This document shows positions 20,377 to 31,369 of a DNA stretch of 64,000 nucleotides, piece after piece (positions within the stretch are counted from its first letter, which is position 1; every line of letters starts with the position of its first letter). Where the stretch lies: IMG/VR virus record IMGVR_UViG_3300035208_006730; one strand, given 5' to 3'. The notes under the pieces are model-generated. The model was not told the origin of the DNA. It worked only from the letters and a program-made list of their open reading frames with translations, and did not search any database. This stretch comes from a virus (lineage: Duplodnaviria > Caudoviricetes). Both the position numbers and the translations under genes were made by a program.

Positions 20377-21312
20377 ATGACTCATGACGTTAATTCAATG
20401 TTCTACGTTAAGCAGGTCCCGTGGCATGGTCTTGGTGTTCAGGTTGAGAATGAACTTACAGCAGCTGAAGCTATCAAAGCAGCAGGTCTTGACTGGGAAG
20501 TTCAATTGAAACAACTTCAAATGGCCAACGGAACTTTAGTCGATGCTGCTGCAGTTGTACGGCCTGAGAATCAGGTTCTTGGGATTGTTGGTCCTCGGTA
20601 CACTCCAATCCAGAATCATGAAGCTTTTGATTTCTTTGATTCTGTTGTTGGCGCAGGTAAAGCAATCTACCATACAGCTGGAGCATTGTCAGGCGGTGAA
20701 CGAATTTGGCTTCTTGCCAAGCTTCCAGAAGATATGATTATTGGTGGCAAAGATGAAGTAAAGAAGTATCTTTTGTTAGCTAATAGTCACAATGGGACAA
20801 GCACGCTGCGCATGTTATGGACCCCAATACGTTGTGTATGTCAAAATACGCTTAACATTGCTCTTCGTGGTGCTGGAAAAGCTGACGGTATATCGATTCG
20901 ACATACAAAGAATGCTAAAACGAAGATTGAAGAAGCTCAACGTGCTCTTGGATTTGCTATTGACTACTATTCGAATTTCGAGATTCAAGCAAATGAAATG
21001 ACCAAGAAGTACTTTGGCGATAATCAGATGAAGGAATTAGTTGAAAAACTTCTTCCCGCAAATGAAGATGGGAAGATTAGTAAGCAAGCTGAGTCCAAGC
21101 GAGATGATATCTTGAAGCTTTGGAAGAGTGGTGGAACTGGTAATGAGATTTGGCAAGGAACCTCCTGGGGAGCATTCAATACCATCACTGAATGGGCAGA
21201 TCATTGTCGTGGAAGTGATAATCCTGAATCTCATTTGAACAGTGTTTGGTTTGGTGGCGCGATGCAAATCAAGCAAAAGGCCTTCGAAACTATTCAAAGG
21301 ATTTCAGCATGA
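20377..21312 (+). CDS. DUF932 family phage/plasmid protein
   Basis: PWHGLG, AGLDWEV, YTPIQN, TAGALSGG, NSHNG, RCVCQNTL, IRHT, WGAFNTITEWADH. Confidence 0.9.
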   Translation: MTHDVNSMFYVKQVPWHGLGVQVENELTAAEAIKAAGLDWEVQLKQLQMANGTLVDAAAVVRPENQVLGIVGPRYTPIQNHEAFDFFDSVVGAGKAIYHTAGALSGGERIWLLAKLPEDMIIGGKDEVKKYLLLANSHNGTSTLRMLWTPIRCVCQNTLNIALRGAGKADGISIRHTKNAKTKIEEAQRALGFAIDYYSNFEIQANEMTKKYFGDNQMKELVEKLLPANEDGKISKQAESKRDDILKLWKSGGTGNEIWQGTSWGAFNTITEWADHCRGSDNPESHLNSVWFGGAMQIKQKAFETIQRISA

Positions 21313-21665
21313 GTAAAGAGTCCTGGCTTGCAGAATACTATCCTAAAGATGCAACTGAAATAGAAGCAAAAGATGCTATTGCCTTTTCTCTCAATAAATG
21401 GAAAGGTCTACGAAAAGAAAATCTAGAAAAGCATGAGTTAGAGAAAGCTCCAATTCCAGTTAACAGTTCAACTTGTCCTCTGTGTAATCTGTACGAAAAG
21501 TCTCGTACATGTCCATTCTTTAAGATTCATTCTAAAGAAAGTCTGAAGGAACTCCATGGAGAGAGTCCAGAAGATTGTGTCGCTTGCGACCAAGAATGGA
21601 AACATTGGTTTTGGAAGAAGGATCCAGATCCAATGATTGAAGCTTTAGAGGAATTAGAGAAATGA
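21309..21665 (+). CDS. Cys-rich hypothetical protein, paralog of 14989-15333
   Basis: colinear similarity to 14989-15333. Confidence 0.7.
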   Translation: MSKESWLAEYYPKDATEIEAKDAIAFSLNKWKGLRKENLEKHELEKAPIPVNSSTCPLCNLYEKSRTCPFFKIHSKESLKELHGESPEDCVACDQEWKHWFWKKDPDPMIEALEELEK

Positions 21666-22141
21666 CAAAAGATGAGATGAAAGCTGCTATCTGTTCTTTG
21701 CAAGATTCTCTTTCTAAGAAGTTTGAGGAAGTAGATAAAAGGTTAGGACAAACAGAAGGAAAGATTGAACAAAAGAATCTTCCAATTAATCTCGAGCAAG
21801 ATATTCTTCGAACAACTCAAGTTGCTATTAATAAGAGTATGCATGATGTTCTTTCTTCATTTCAAAGTCCTTTGGGAAAATTAATTTCTCTTGTTATTGA
21901 TTCCCATACAGTAGAATTGAGAAAAATAATTGACGATGCCTTCTGTTCTGTAATCCAGAAAGAGGATTTTAAAGAATCAATTCGCCAAGCGTTCTCTCAC
22001 AAAGTAGCTAAAAGTATCATCTCAAATAATGATGGTCTTTTTGATAAAGTGAATAACGAACTCAAGGAAGATCGTTAATTTAAGGCCAAAATGATACTTG
22101 CAGTAGGAAAAGTGATTGAAGAAACTTTGGAGAAGAAATGA
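21662..22141 (+). pseudogene. helical hypothetical protein with a probable premature TAA at 22076-22078
   Basis: frame continues FKAKMILAVGKVIEETLEKK* to an ATGA overlap with the next gene. Confidence 0.5.
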
Positions 22142-22416
22142 ATACTCTTCCATCTATCGAATTAATTGATTCTAAATATGTTCCAAAAGAAGTTGTTATT
22201 CTTTACAAGAATCATCGAGGCGTCACAGCTATTAGAAGAATAAGGCCTGCTGTTTTTTGTCCTATTTGGTATGGAAAAACAGAGTGGCATTCAGAACAAT
22301 GGCTTTTGGATACATTTGATTGTGATAAAAAAATGGAAAGAAGTTTTGCAATCAAAGATATTTTAGCTGAGTATACACTCTCACGCATGTGCAGTAAAAC
22401 GTATTGCAGAGCTTGA
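22138..22416 (+). CDS. stand-alone WYL-domain protein
   Basis: YKNHRG...RRIRP...WYGKTEWH..QWLLDTFD.DKKMERSFAIKDI. Confidence 0.75.
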   Translation: MNTLPSIELIDSKYVPKEVVILYKNHRGVTAIRRIRPAVFCPIWYGKTEWHSEQWLLDTFDCDKKMERSFAIKDILAEYTLSRMCSKTYCRA

Positions 22417-22847
22417 AGCACAGGTCGAACTGATGCGCGATTGCCATAACTGTACGTACATTGGGGAATGTGGCCATCCGTATGTCTATTATTGTGCAAA
22501 ATGGGAGATTTAATAATGATGATTTGTCCAAAAGCTGAAGCCTGTGCTTGTCCTTCAAGTAGACCTCACATCTGTTTAGAAGCTGGATGTATCCCAGGTT
22601 TCGATCAAAATGGAGAAAGATGTCCTCATTGTATTCCAGTCAAGACTGAAAATGAACGCATTATCCAGTTAGAAGAAGAACTAAAAAGCGAGAATGCTTG
22701 GAATGAAGATAGGCAGAACACTATCGATACTCAAGCTGGACAAATTGAAAGACTTGAAGTAGAAAGAAAAAAGCTTCAAACTGATTTTGAATCTTATCGA
22801 CTTGAGCTGGACATGATTATTTCTCAACTAAAAGCTTTGGAGCAAAA

Positions 22848-23615
22848 ATGAAAGCTAATCAAGTAGAAAAGCTTCTGAATGGAATCTTCAATAAGTTTCT
22901 TGATTCGATCCAAGATGAGCTTCTTAGAGGAGATGTCGCTAAAGATGCATTCATTGCTGGTGGATGTATTCCTTCAATGCTAGCAGATGAGTTTGTTAAT
23001 GACTTTGATATTTACTTTGCAGATGTATTGACTCTTGCTAAAGTTCAAAGTTATTATCTTGCTGAAGAGCCAAATGATGTTCCATTTCATGTTGTTCTCA
23101 TTACTAAAAATGCAATCAATCTTTCAGACAAAATCCAGTTGGTCACTAGGTTTCATGGATCTCCTGAGGAGGTAGTTGAAAAGTTTGATTGGGCTCATAT
23201 CAAGTCTTTTTTCTATCGCGGGAAACTTTATCTCGACAAGGATGTTTATCGTCTCATCGCCGAAAAAGAATTAATCTATACTGGCAGTGATTATCCTCTT
23301 TCTTCAATGTTTCGTCTTCGGAAATATTTGAAAAAGGGATGGAACGTTTCAACTCAAACAATGGCACATATAGCCTTAGATATTACAAAGGTTTTGTCAC
23401 GAAAAAGAGTGGTTATTAGTGACATCGATACTTTCGAGAAAGCTGAAGAGCTTAAAGATGACGGGATTTTTGAAGAGATAAAAGATTTTGACGTAGATCT
23501 CTTTCTTGAACAGGTCAATGGAGTTGATCCTTTACTTATTCAGGCTCGGCTTGAAGAATTTTCTGGACAACGTCTTTCGATCCGAGAGATAATAAGACGA
23601 TTGGAGGATGAATAA
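22848..23615 (+). CDS. phage nucleotidyltransferase-fold protein
   Basis: FIAGGCI..NDFDIYF, IQLVTRF, FDWAH, SSMFRLRKYLKKGW. Confidence 0.7.
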   Translation: MKANQVEKLLNGIFNKFLDSIQDELLRGDVAKDAFIAGGCIPSMLADEFVNDFDIYFADVLTLAKVQSYYLAEEPNDVPFHVVLITKNAINLSDKIQLVTRFHGSPEEVVEKFDWAHIKSFFYRGKLYLDKDVYRLIAEKELIYTGSDYPLSSMFRLRKYLKKGWNVSTQTMAHIALDITKVLSRKRVVISDIDTFEKAEELKDDGIFEEIKDFDVDLFLEQVNGVDPLLIQARLEEFSGQRLSIREIIRRLEDE

Positions 23616-24399
23616 TGGAAAGAAAAGAAAGACCCAACTTTGTTCTGCAAGAATGTATTAAAATATTTAGAGAAAATTCACTTACAGTAGAAGAAATTCT
23701 CACGGTACTTTCTAATCTTCAGTATGCTTTAGGAGCCTCTATCGAAAAGATAGATAGAGATCTCACAATTGATGAAGTGATTGATCTCTACAAAACACAT
23801 ACTGGTAGTATTGGATATGCTATGATGACCCAAGCTCTTGATATGAATATTAACTGGGCCAATGAATATCGCAAACTTCTAAAAGAAGGCAAAGAGGAAA
23901 AAGATGTACAGGTGTAATGAACTTCTTTCTCTTGCTTGGTATGCTCAATACAGGAAAAAGACAGAACAAGAAAATCTTTCTCAGTCTGACTGTGAGATGC
24001 TTAATCGAATCACAAGGTTGACAGAAGAAAATTTTCTTCAAAATTCACCTGCTCTGAAGTACGATTCAACCATTTTCATTGGTGATCTTTTTAATAATGA
24101 ACGTTACTTCTGGAAGAATTGTTCTTCTGGTTTTCAGTCTTCTTTTTATGCTGAAGATAGAACTTGTGGGACCCTGTCAGCTATCTATCTCAGCTTAATC
24201 AATGAACTAAATTTTCGCCATCCTACATCAATTGCAATCGTGGTTCAGAATAACGCTCTGCAATGTCTAGAACCAATCAATCATCATCTTATCTGCGAAC
24301 AAATAAACAATGAATTAGGACAGGATATACTCCTGGATGTAGTTTGTTGCGGGGGACTTTTTCTTAAAGAATTTGAAGGAATAAATTTGGAGTTAGAAG

Positions 24400-24726
24400 A
24401 TGTTGCGCGTCAATGGACTAATAGCCCTTCCCATGGATCTTCAGATTAAAGATTCTCCTACAAATGGTGGTCATTTATTTTTCTTCACGGCGATAACAAA
24501 AGATCCTCGAGATAGCAATTCTTTTCATCTGTATCCTATTAAACTTTGGGTAACACACAAAGAAGTAGATACTTGGAAAGAAAGACTTCAACCTGGCAGA
24601 ATATTTGAAATAGAATTTGGTTACCTTTCAATGAAACAAACAATAGGAGGCAGAAGATTTTCAAATGTGATTGAAATAATTGGGAATAATCTAAAGCCCC
24701 TCAGTTTAGGAGTAATGGATGAGTGA
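24400..24726 (+). CDS. possible divergent OB-fold/SSB-like protein
   Basis: beta-rich; pattern FTAIT...IKLW...LQPG..FEIEFGYL. Confidence 0.35.
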   Translation: MLRVNGLIALPMDLQIKDSPTNGGHLFFFTAITKDPRDSNSFHLYPIKLWVTHKEVDTWKERLQPGRIFEIEFGYLSMKQTIGGRRFSNVIEIIGNNLKPLSLGVMDE

Positions 24727-25765
24727 AACAGGAAAATTTTTAGACCTACAAGGGAAAAGATTCATTGACATGGAGTTCTCTTGGGCAGATGGAAGCCCCA
24801 TCTCTAAAGAGGAAATCTCCCAAGAAGTAGTTAAAGTAGTTAAAGATTTTTTATCTAGTACAGATCCAACAATAGATGAAAATTCTGTTATGGTATGTGC
24901 TTCTCTTTTTCTAGTTTCTTTTGCAGAAGAGATGGCAAAAACTGGAATTAGAGATCCTGCCGATATGGCGATGCTACTTGCCTCTACAGATGTTCGGATG
25001 ACAATGATGATGTTTCTTCTTTCTGGATTTATCTTCGCAAAATTTATAGATAGTGATGGTATTAAAGCTAAGCTTAGTACCCAACCTCTATCGGATAAAG
25101 AAATAGAAGAAATTCTTCATGCGGATCGAGAACAAGAAAATGAATTAGCAGAGGAACTGCGAAATGGCAAATAAAGCTCTAGTTTTCAATGCGACAGAGC
25201 CTCAACGTAAAAAAGTATTTTCAATGGCTGGATACTCAGACCTTCAAAATATTGAAATTATTGATACACAGTCTTTTGATCCTACTCCTGGAATGAAAGA
25301 TGGTGATATCATTCTTGTTTATGGTCCCAAGATAATGAAAACAATTCAGCCTCCTATTGGAGCGATTATCGTTGAGATGCCGCCGCTGGAAAAGATCGAT
25401 AAAGAAAATTTTCCAAGCGATCACAAAAAAGCCGTTGAAGTCTTAGATGATCTAAAGAAAAAACTTACAGATGGAACTCTACAAAAAGCAACGCTTAATC
25501 CGATGGATTACGTTAAACGAATTCTTCTGAAAAAGTCAGGTAGAGTAATCGAAGTTTCAGAAGGTCCAACTCCAGATATCTTGCCTTGGGAGTTCGAATC
25601 GTTTCTAAAGTTAATTGGAAAACTTAATCAAGAAGAGGTTGAAATTGAATTCAAAAATACTACTAGTACTTCTCGAGGAAGTAGTTCGAATGATAGCTCC
25701 CACAGTATTGGAGGAATTTAGCAGTAAACTAAAAGATCAAAGAGAAATAATAGAAAGGGAATTAA

Positions 25766-27574
25766 ATGTTCAATCTGGACGATCCAATGCTCCGACAATA
25801 TTACCGAGTCGATCAAGACGGAGATGAATTTATTACCTTGAAGAATTGCAATCTTCAGGAAATGCAAGACTGTGAAAGAACTCTGAAGCAAATGAAACCA
25901 GGGGATGGTCCTTTGAGTGTTTATACCAATAGTGTATTTTTTGAAGGTAATTTTCTCGGCGGTATTCCAGAAAAACTAAAGAAATATGTTAGTACCCTTT
26001 CTCACAATAACGTTTGGCTAGATAGTGTTACTCCTGGAAATCCAGGGAATCCTATAATTGTTTTTCGAAAAGAGAAAAAGAAAGTTATTAGTCAATCTAA
26101 GTTCATGAAAGAATTGAACGAACTTCTTGAAATCGATCAGACTTTGATTTGGATTCTTACATTTGAAGAAGACCGTTTGATTGCCGAAATCAAAGCAAGT
26201 CAAGATAAATCTCAACAAGAAATTTTCGTTTGGTCTGGGACCTCAGGCGTAATGCCAATAGAAAATTATCTTTCAGGAACATCTTCTGAGTCTGGAAGTA
26301 ATGAAGCAGTTCAGATTATGAACTATATGAGGGGATACACCTCTGTAAAGAAAGGGATTTTTATCCTCAGAGATTTTGGCGCATTACTCGAGCCACGAAT
26401 CGAAAGATGTATTCGGGATACAATTTCAATTCTAAAGCGGAAAAAGATTCATCTTATTATTACGAGTCCACATCTTCAATACTTGAATCAAGTTGGACTA
26501 CCTCCAACTTTAGAAAAAGAAATTGTTGTTCTAGACTATAGGCTTCCCGAAAAAGACGAATTAGAAAAGTTTTTGAATACCCTTCCTCAAGGACAAAAAG
26601 ATGTCCTTGATTTTGATACTGCAACTTCTATTCTTCAAGGACTTACCCTACAAGAAGCTGAAGTAGCGATCAAAAGGATGTTTCTTAAAGAGGGAAGTCT
26701 TGAAGTTCTTTCTGAGTGTAAAAAGCAAATCATTAAGCGCTCTGATATTCTTGAATTGATTGAAACAGATCTCAAAATGAATGATGTTGGTGGCCTTGAA
26801 AATCTGAAGAAGTATTTTCAGATTTATGCAGAATGTCATTCTGAAGAGGCTCAAAAATTTGGAGTTGAACCCCTTAGGGGCGTTCTCATCACTGGGGTAT
26901 GCGGTACAGGAAAATCGCTTATCTGCAAAGCAGCAGCTTCTATTTGGAAAGTACCTCTACTTAAGCTTGATATAGGCAGAGTAATGGGTGGACTAGTTGG
27001 TCTTTCGGAGCAACGGATCCGGCAGGCGTTGCAACAAGCAGAAGCAATGGCACCTTGTTTGCTCTACCTAGACGAAATCGAAAAGATGCTTTCGGGTCTT
27101 GGATCATCGGGAAGTTCTGATGGAGGTGCAACTTCGAGAGTAATTGGAACTCTTCTAACAGCTATGCAAGAAGGGCTCAAGGGAGTAACAATTCTCGCAA
27201 GTGCTAATGACATCTCAGCACTACCTCCTGAGCTGATCAGAAGGTTTAATGAAATATTCTTCGTTGATCTTCCCGACGAGGATGAGCGCAAAGATATATT
27301 CAAGATTCATCTGAAAAAACGAAATAGGAATGAATTGACGGATAATTCTCTTTTTCTTGCACAACAATCCCAAGACTACACAGGAGCTGAAATAGAAAAA
27401 GCAATTAAGGATGCAATAGCTAAAAAGTTTGCATCAGATCTTGGAAAGAAAGATATTACTAAAGAAGATATTGTCGATTCTTTAAAAGAAGTTACTCCTA
27501 TATCTAGGATTATGAAAGAACAAATTGAAGAAATTAGAGAATGGGCAAAGAACAGAGCAAGGAGTGCAAGATGA
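25766..27574 (+). CDS. AAA+ ATPase (Ycf46/CDC48-like)
   Basis: TFEEDR, DVGGLENLK, Walker A GVCGTGKS, Walker B LLYLDEIEK, LPPELIRRF, YTGAEIE. Confidence 0.92.
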   Translation: MFNLDDPMLRQYYRVDQDGDEFITLKNCNLQEMQDCERTLKQMKPGDGPLSVYTNSVFFEGNFLGGIPEKLKKYVSTLSHNNVWLDSVTPGNPGNPIIVFRKEKKKVISQSKFMKELNELLEIDQTLIWILTFEEDRLIAEIKASQDKSQQEIFVWSGTSGVMPIENYLSGTSSESGSNEAVQIMNYMRGYTSVKKGIFILRDFGALLEPRIERCIRDTISILKRKKIHLIITSPHLQYLNQVGLPPTLEKEIVVLDYRLPEKDELEKFLNTLPQGQKDVLDFDTATSILQGLTLQEAEVAIKRMFLKEGSLEVLSECKKQIIKRSDILELIETDLKMNDVGGLENLKKYFQIYAECHSEEAQKFGVEPLRGVLITGVCGTGKSLICKAAASIWKVPLLKLDIGRVMGGLVGLSEQRIRQALQQAEAMAPCLLYLDEIEKMLSGLGSSGSSDGGATSRVIGTLLTAMQEGLKGVTILASANDISALPPELIRRFNEIFFVDLPDEDERKDIFKIHLKKRNRNELTDNSLFLAQQSQDYTGAEIEKAIKDAIAKKFASDLGKKDITKEDIVDSLKEVTPISRIMKEQIEEIREWAKNRARSAR

Positions 27575-27765
27575 TCGATGAAATTCTAAACGAACAAATA
27601 AGAGCTATTATTGAGGTTCTTAATCGTATGCCTCCTCAGTATCTTCTTTGTTTAAATGATATTGGAACGAAAGAAGTTTCAGTTTATGTAGGACAAGCTG
27701 CATTTTTGTTAAAAGAAGCTGGTCTTATTGAATTAACCACGGTTAATGGTATAACATTTATTCGC

Positions 27766-27798
27766 TTGACAAAAGATTAATAAAGAAGTTAATATAAT
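27766..27798 (+). promoter_or_regulatory. sigma70-type promoter for the tRNA cluster
   Basis: TTGACA at 27766; TAATAT at 18-nt spacing overlapping a TATAAT, just upstream of tRNA-Thr. Confidence 0.6.
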
Positions 27799-27804
27799 TT
27801 TGTT

Positions 27805-27883
27805 GGATTGGTAGCTCAGCTAGGTTAGAGCTCCTGATTTGTAATCAGGGGGTTCGTGAGTTCGATTCTCACCCAATCCTCCA
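27805..27883 (+). tRNA. tRNA-Thr(TGT)
   Basis: GGATTGG/CCAATCC acceptor, CCTGA-TTTGTAA-TCAGG anticodon arm, GTTCGATT, CCA. Confidence 0.88.
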
Positions 27884-27983
27884 CGAGTCGTTTTGAAAAA
27901 AGATGTATTAGAGAAGAACGATGGGATGATCTTCATGCAAGGACTTATCAAGAGATAGAAGATGTTTGGAGCTATGATTGATC

Positions 27984-28068
27984 GGAAGGGTATGTTAATT
28001 GGTAAACAGCCAGTCTTGAAAACTGGTGGGCATTAGCCTTGGGGGTTCGAGTCCCTCCCCTTCCGCCA
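27984..28068 (+). tRNA. tRNA-Ser(TGA)
   Basis: GGAAGGG/CCCTTCC acceptor, CCAGT-CTTGAAA-ACTGG, long variable arm, G discriminator, CCA. Confidence 0.92.
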
Positions 28069-28074
28069 TTTTTC

Positions 28075-28150
28075 GGGTCCATCGGTTAATTGGCTAAACC
28101 AACGCTCTCCAAAAGCGTGACTGCAAGTCCGAATCTTGCTGGACCCGCCA
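28075..28150 (+). tRNA. tRNA-Trp(CCA)
   Basis: GGGTCCA/TGGACCC acceptor, ACGCT-CTCCAAA-AGCGT, variant T loop TCCGAAT, CCA. Confidence 0.88.
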
Positions 28151-28162
28151 AAGGAAAATCTA

Positions 28163-29227
28163 ATGGACATTAAAGACCTAAAGATAATCTACGAATGCAT
28201 TACTGGTTCTCATTCTTATGGAACATCTACTCCTGAGAGTGACACTGATTATGCTGGGATTGCAATAGCTCCATTGGATTGTTATTTGGGTACGGCTGGA
28301 GATTTTGAAAATCTTGTTCAGCATAATCCTGATCGAACTATCTATGATATCAGAAAATTTCTTCGTCTGGCCGTCAACTGTAATCCAAATATCATTGAGC
28401 TTCTTTGGACTGGTCCAGAAAATATTGTTTCTATTAACTCAGCAGGACTTCAGATTCGAGAGAATCGAGATCTCTTTCTTTCTAAAAAAGCTAGGTATAC
28501 CTTTCTTGGATATGCATTCGCTCAATTAAAAAGGATTCGTACTCATCGAAACTGGCTTCTGCATCCTGTTGAAAGAAAACCTACTCGAGTAGATTTCGGT
28601 CTTCCAGAATTCAAGCTCATTCGGAATGATCATCAAGAAGCTTTTATCTGGATGTTCTCCAGAATAATGCAGGATTCTCTTGAAGAAGCTAAGTTGTCTT
28701 CTGAGACTCGAGAAGAACTTCAAAACGTAAATGTTCATGGACTTCTTCAGAGTAAAATTCCAGAAGAACTTCTTCAGCCTATGAAACTCATCACAGGAGC
28801 AACAGATGAATTTATTTCATCACTGGCTAAAGAAAGATCTTATCGGGCAGCTCTTCAAGAATGGGATTCATTTCAGGGATGGAAGAAAACAAGGAATCCT
28901 AAACGAGCAGAGTTAGAAGCAAAATGTGGTTACGATTCAAAATGTGCGATGATGCTAGTCCGCCTTGCAAAAATGGGAGAAGAGATCCTTTCTGGCAAGG
29001 GAGTGATTGTTAAACGTCCAGATGCAGAAGAACTTCTAGAGATTAGAAATGGAAACTGGAGTTTTGAAAAAGTAGAGGAATTTGCTACCGGTATGGACAA
29101 AAAGATGGATGAACTCTACAAGATTTCAACTCTTCCACATTCTCCTGATGAATCGAAAGTCAATCAACTCTGTGTCAGTATCTTGGAGAAAGAATTAAAT
29201 GGCACATCTCGATCAACGACTTCTTAA
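28163..29227 (+). CDS. Pol-beta superfamily nucleotidyltransferase (RlaP/YcgL-like)
   Basis: GSHSYGTSTPESDTDYAG, YDIRKF, NPNIIELL, GYAFAQ, GYDSK..LVRL, LLEIRNG. Confidence 0.88.
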   Translation: MDIKDLKIIYECITGSHSYGTSTPESDTDYAGIAIAPLDCYLGTAGDFENLVQHNPDRTIYDIRKFLRLAVNCNPNIIELLWTGPENIVSINSAGLQIRENRDLFLSKKARYTFLGYAFAQLKRIRTHRNWLLHPVERKPTRVDFGLPEFKLIRNDHQEAFIWMFSRIMQDSLEEAKLSSETREELQNVNVHGLLQSKIPEELLQPMKLITGATDEFISSLAKERSYRAALQEWDSFQGWKKTRNPKRAELEAKCGYDSKCAMMLVRLAKMGEEILSGKGVIVKRPDAEELLEIRNGNWSFEKVEEFATGMDKKMDELYKISTLPHSPDESKVNQLCVSILEKELNGTSRSTTS

Positions 29228-29478
29228 AAAGATTCACCGTAACGGTCCCAACTCCTATTATGGCCGTTTCACTCCCACAGAGATCCTAATTCTTTTTGAC
29301 ACTGGCTGGATCTATCCAATGGATATAAGTAAAAAGGGAAAAAAAGATTTTAAAGCAAGGATTGAATGGATTAGAGAACACAAGAAGTTGGGAGATTCTG
29401 CCACTTGGCAAATGGATTTTTCGATAACTAAAGAGTTAAAACTCATCTTGGAAGAATATGGACTTTTGAGGAGATAAA

Positions 29479-30141
29479 ATGAAAATAGTTGCAGTATCAG
29501 ATCTACATGGTCACTTTGATTTCGATATTCCAAAAGGTGACGTTCTAGTTATTGCTGGAGACATCTGTAAATTTTCTTCGGATGTTCAACAGTATGTTTC
29601 CTTCAATAGATTTTTAGGAGAACAGCCTCATTCCTACAAACTTTTTATTGCGGGCAATCACGACAGACTTCTAGAGAAAATGACAAATACATTTATCAAA
29701 GATCTAATTCCAAATGGGATCTACCTTCGAGATAAAGAGATAACCATTGATTTCATAAAATTCTACGGGTCTCCATGGCAGCCAGAATTTGGAGATTGGG
29801 CGTTCAATCTTCCTCGAGGAAAAGCTCTTGCAAATAAGTGGAAAAAGATTCCAAAGGATACTGATATTCTAATTACACATTGTCCTCCTGCTAGAATTTT
29901 AGATAAAGTTGGAAATGAGAATGTGGGCTGCGAAGATTTGAAAGATGCTATTTGTGATCGGCATATCAAACATCAGATTTATGGACATATTCATGAAGCT
30001 CATGGATATTGGACTGATAGTAGAACTGAATACCATAATGTGAGTGTTGTTAATGAACACTACGAATTAGTTCATCGACCTACCGTAATTGACATTGAAG
30101 CTCGGTTCAGCCCAATATTTTCGAGGCTTTGCTATGGATGA
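29479..30141 (+). CDS. metallophosphoesterase (MPPED/239FB-like)
   Basis: SDLHG, AGD, AGNHD, YGSPWQP, LITHCPP, GHIHE. Confidence 0.92.
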   Translation: MKIVAVSDLHGHFDFDIPKGDVLVIAGDICKFSSDVQQYVSFNRFLGEQPHSYKLFIAGNHDRLLEKMTNTFIKDLIPNGIYLRDKEITIDFIKFYGSPWQPEFGDWAFNLPRGKALANKWKKIPKDTDILITHCPPARILDKVGNENVGCEDLKDAICDRHIKHQIYGHIHEAHGYWTDSRTEYHNVSVVNEHYELVHRPTVIDIEARFSPIFSRLCYG

Positions 30142-30378
30142 TAAAGAACTGAGAGCAAGGCTATTACAAGCTTCTAAAGATTTAGAAGAGGCATGGAAGA
30201 GAAATAAAAAACTTGAGGCGCAACTTCAAGAATACAAAGGAAAGATTAATCTTTCTTTTGTCTGCGCTCAAGCTTTAACTCAGGTTATCTCTGAGCTAGA
30301 AGAAAAAGAAGATTCACAATTTTGGTTTCCATCTTAACTCTGTTATCATCTTCTTGGGTAGTAAACAAAGGAGATGAA

Positions 30379-30627
30379 ATGGACATCGGAAATTCAAACA
30401 CTTTTTCAACAACGGATCTTTATTCAATTTGCGTCTTGAAAGCTGCTGGATTTAAATGGCTTTCAATAGTCGATGAGGTAAATCGCAGGAATATCAAGAG
30501 GTTCCATTTCGAAGATACTGAAGAGCTTCGAGAAACTCTTGATCAACATTCAAATGGAGAATTACTTTTATCAACGCTAGATCTGATCAATGCAATCGAA
30601 AATGTTAAAAGAATCGTTAAATATTGA
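30379..30627 (+). CDS. DUF5659-like small protein
   Basis: FSTTDLY...LKAAGF...FHFED pattern. Confidence 0.5.
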   Translation: MDIGNSNTFSTTDLYSICVLKAAGFKWLSIVDEVNRRNIKRFHFEDTEELRETLDQHSNGELLLSTLDLINAIENVKRIVKY

Positions 30628-31369
30628 TAAACTAATAATCCATCCAACCTTTCCTATCGCTTTTCCAATTAAAGAATTTCACCCTACATTCTTGAGAATT
30701 GCTCGAGGAGTTATTAAAGAAGCTCTGCAAGGCTTTATTATTACAGATGAGCTTCAAATCGAATTGAATCAGGTTAAAGAAGAGTATCTCCTGAGAGTGC
30801 TGAATAGTATAATTCCGTTGTTTAGGTCAAGGAAAAGGGATGTTAAGATATCTTTTTTATTGGAGGATTTTTCTCAAGGGCGCGTTCTAAAAAATTTCTT
30901 CTCTGCCTATCCTTTCTCAACCTCCTTTCGTTCAATTGACATTCGTAATATTGGAGAACGTCGTTCTCTTTGGTATCGTAAAGACGGCGTTATTTGGGAT
31001 CTCGTCATCACAGACAAGATTGATATTTCTAGATTCCTTGAGACTCTTGAACTAGTAGAAAAGGCCAGGATTTTTATTGGCAACAAATTTGATGTTAATT
31101 CGGTAAAGACTTTTATTCAATTTCTTGATCTTCCTATTCCGAGTCATCTTCGATCTAAGATAATTTTGGATCCTTGCTATTTGGCCTGCGAAAAAAAATA
31201 CTGTCCTTCTAACATCTCCCTAGTCAATGTTTGGTCCAACGGACATGTTAGTGGTTGTCTTCAAGGATTTACCAAGAAAAGACAGATAGCGAAACTACAA
31301 CATGTCTTCAAAAAAATTAGTCTGATTAGAAATGATTGGGAATTTATCGAGTGTCCTCTCAGAAAGATG

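Noticed and set aside
27805-27883. tRNA-Tyr(GTA) reading
   Set aside because: The 5-bp stem and 7-nt loop centre TGT, and the variable arm is short
28136-28162. TTG start of the nucleotidyltransferase within tRNA-Trp
   Set aside because: ATG 28163 with an AAGGA RBS is the more plausible start
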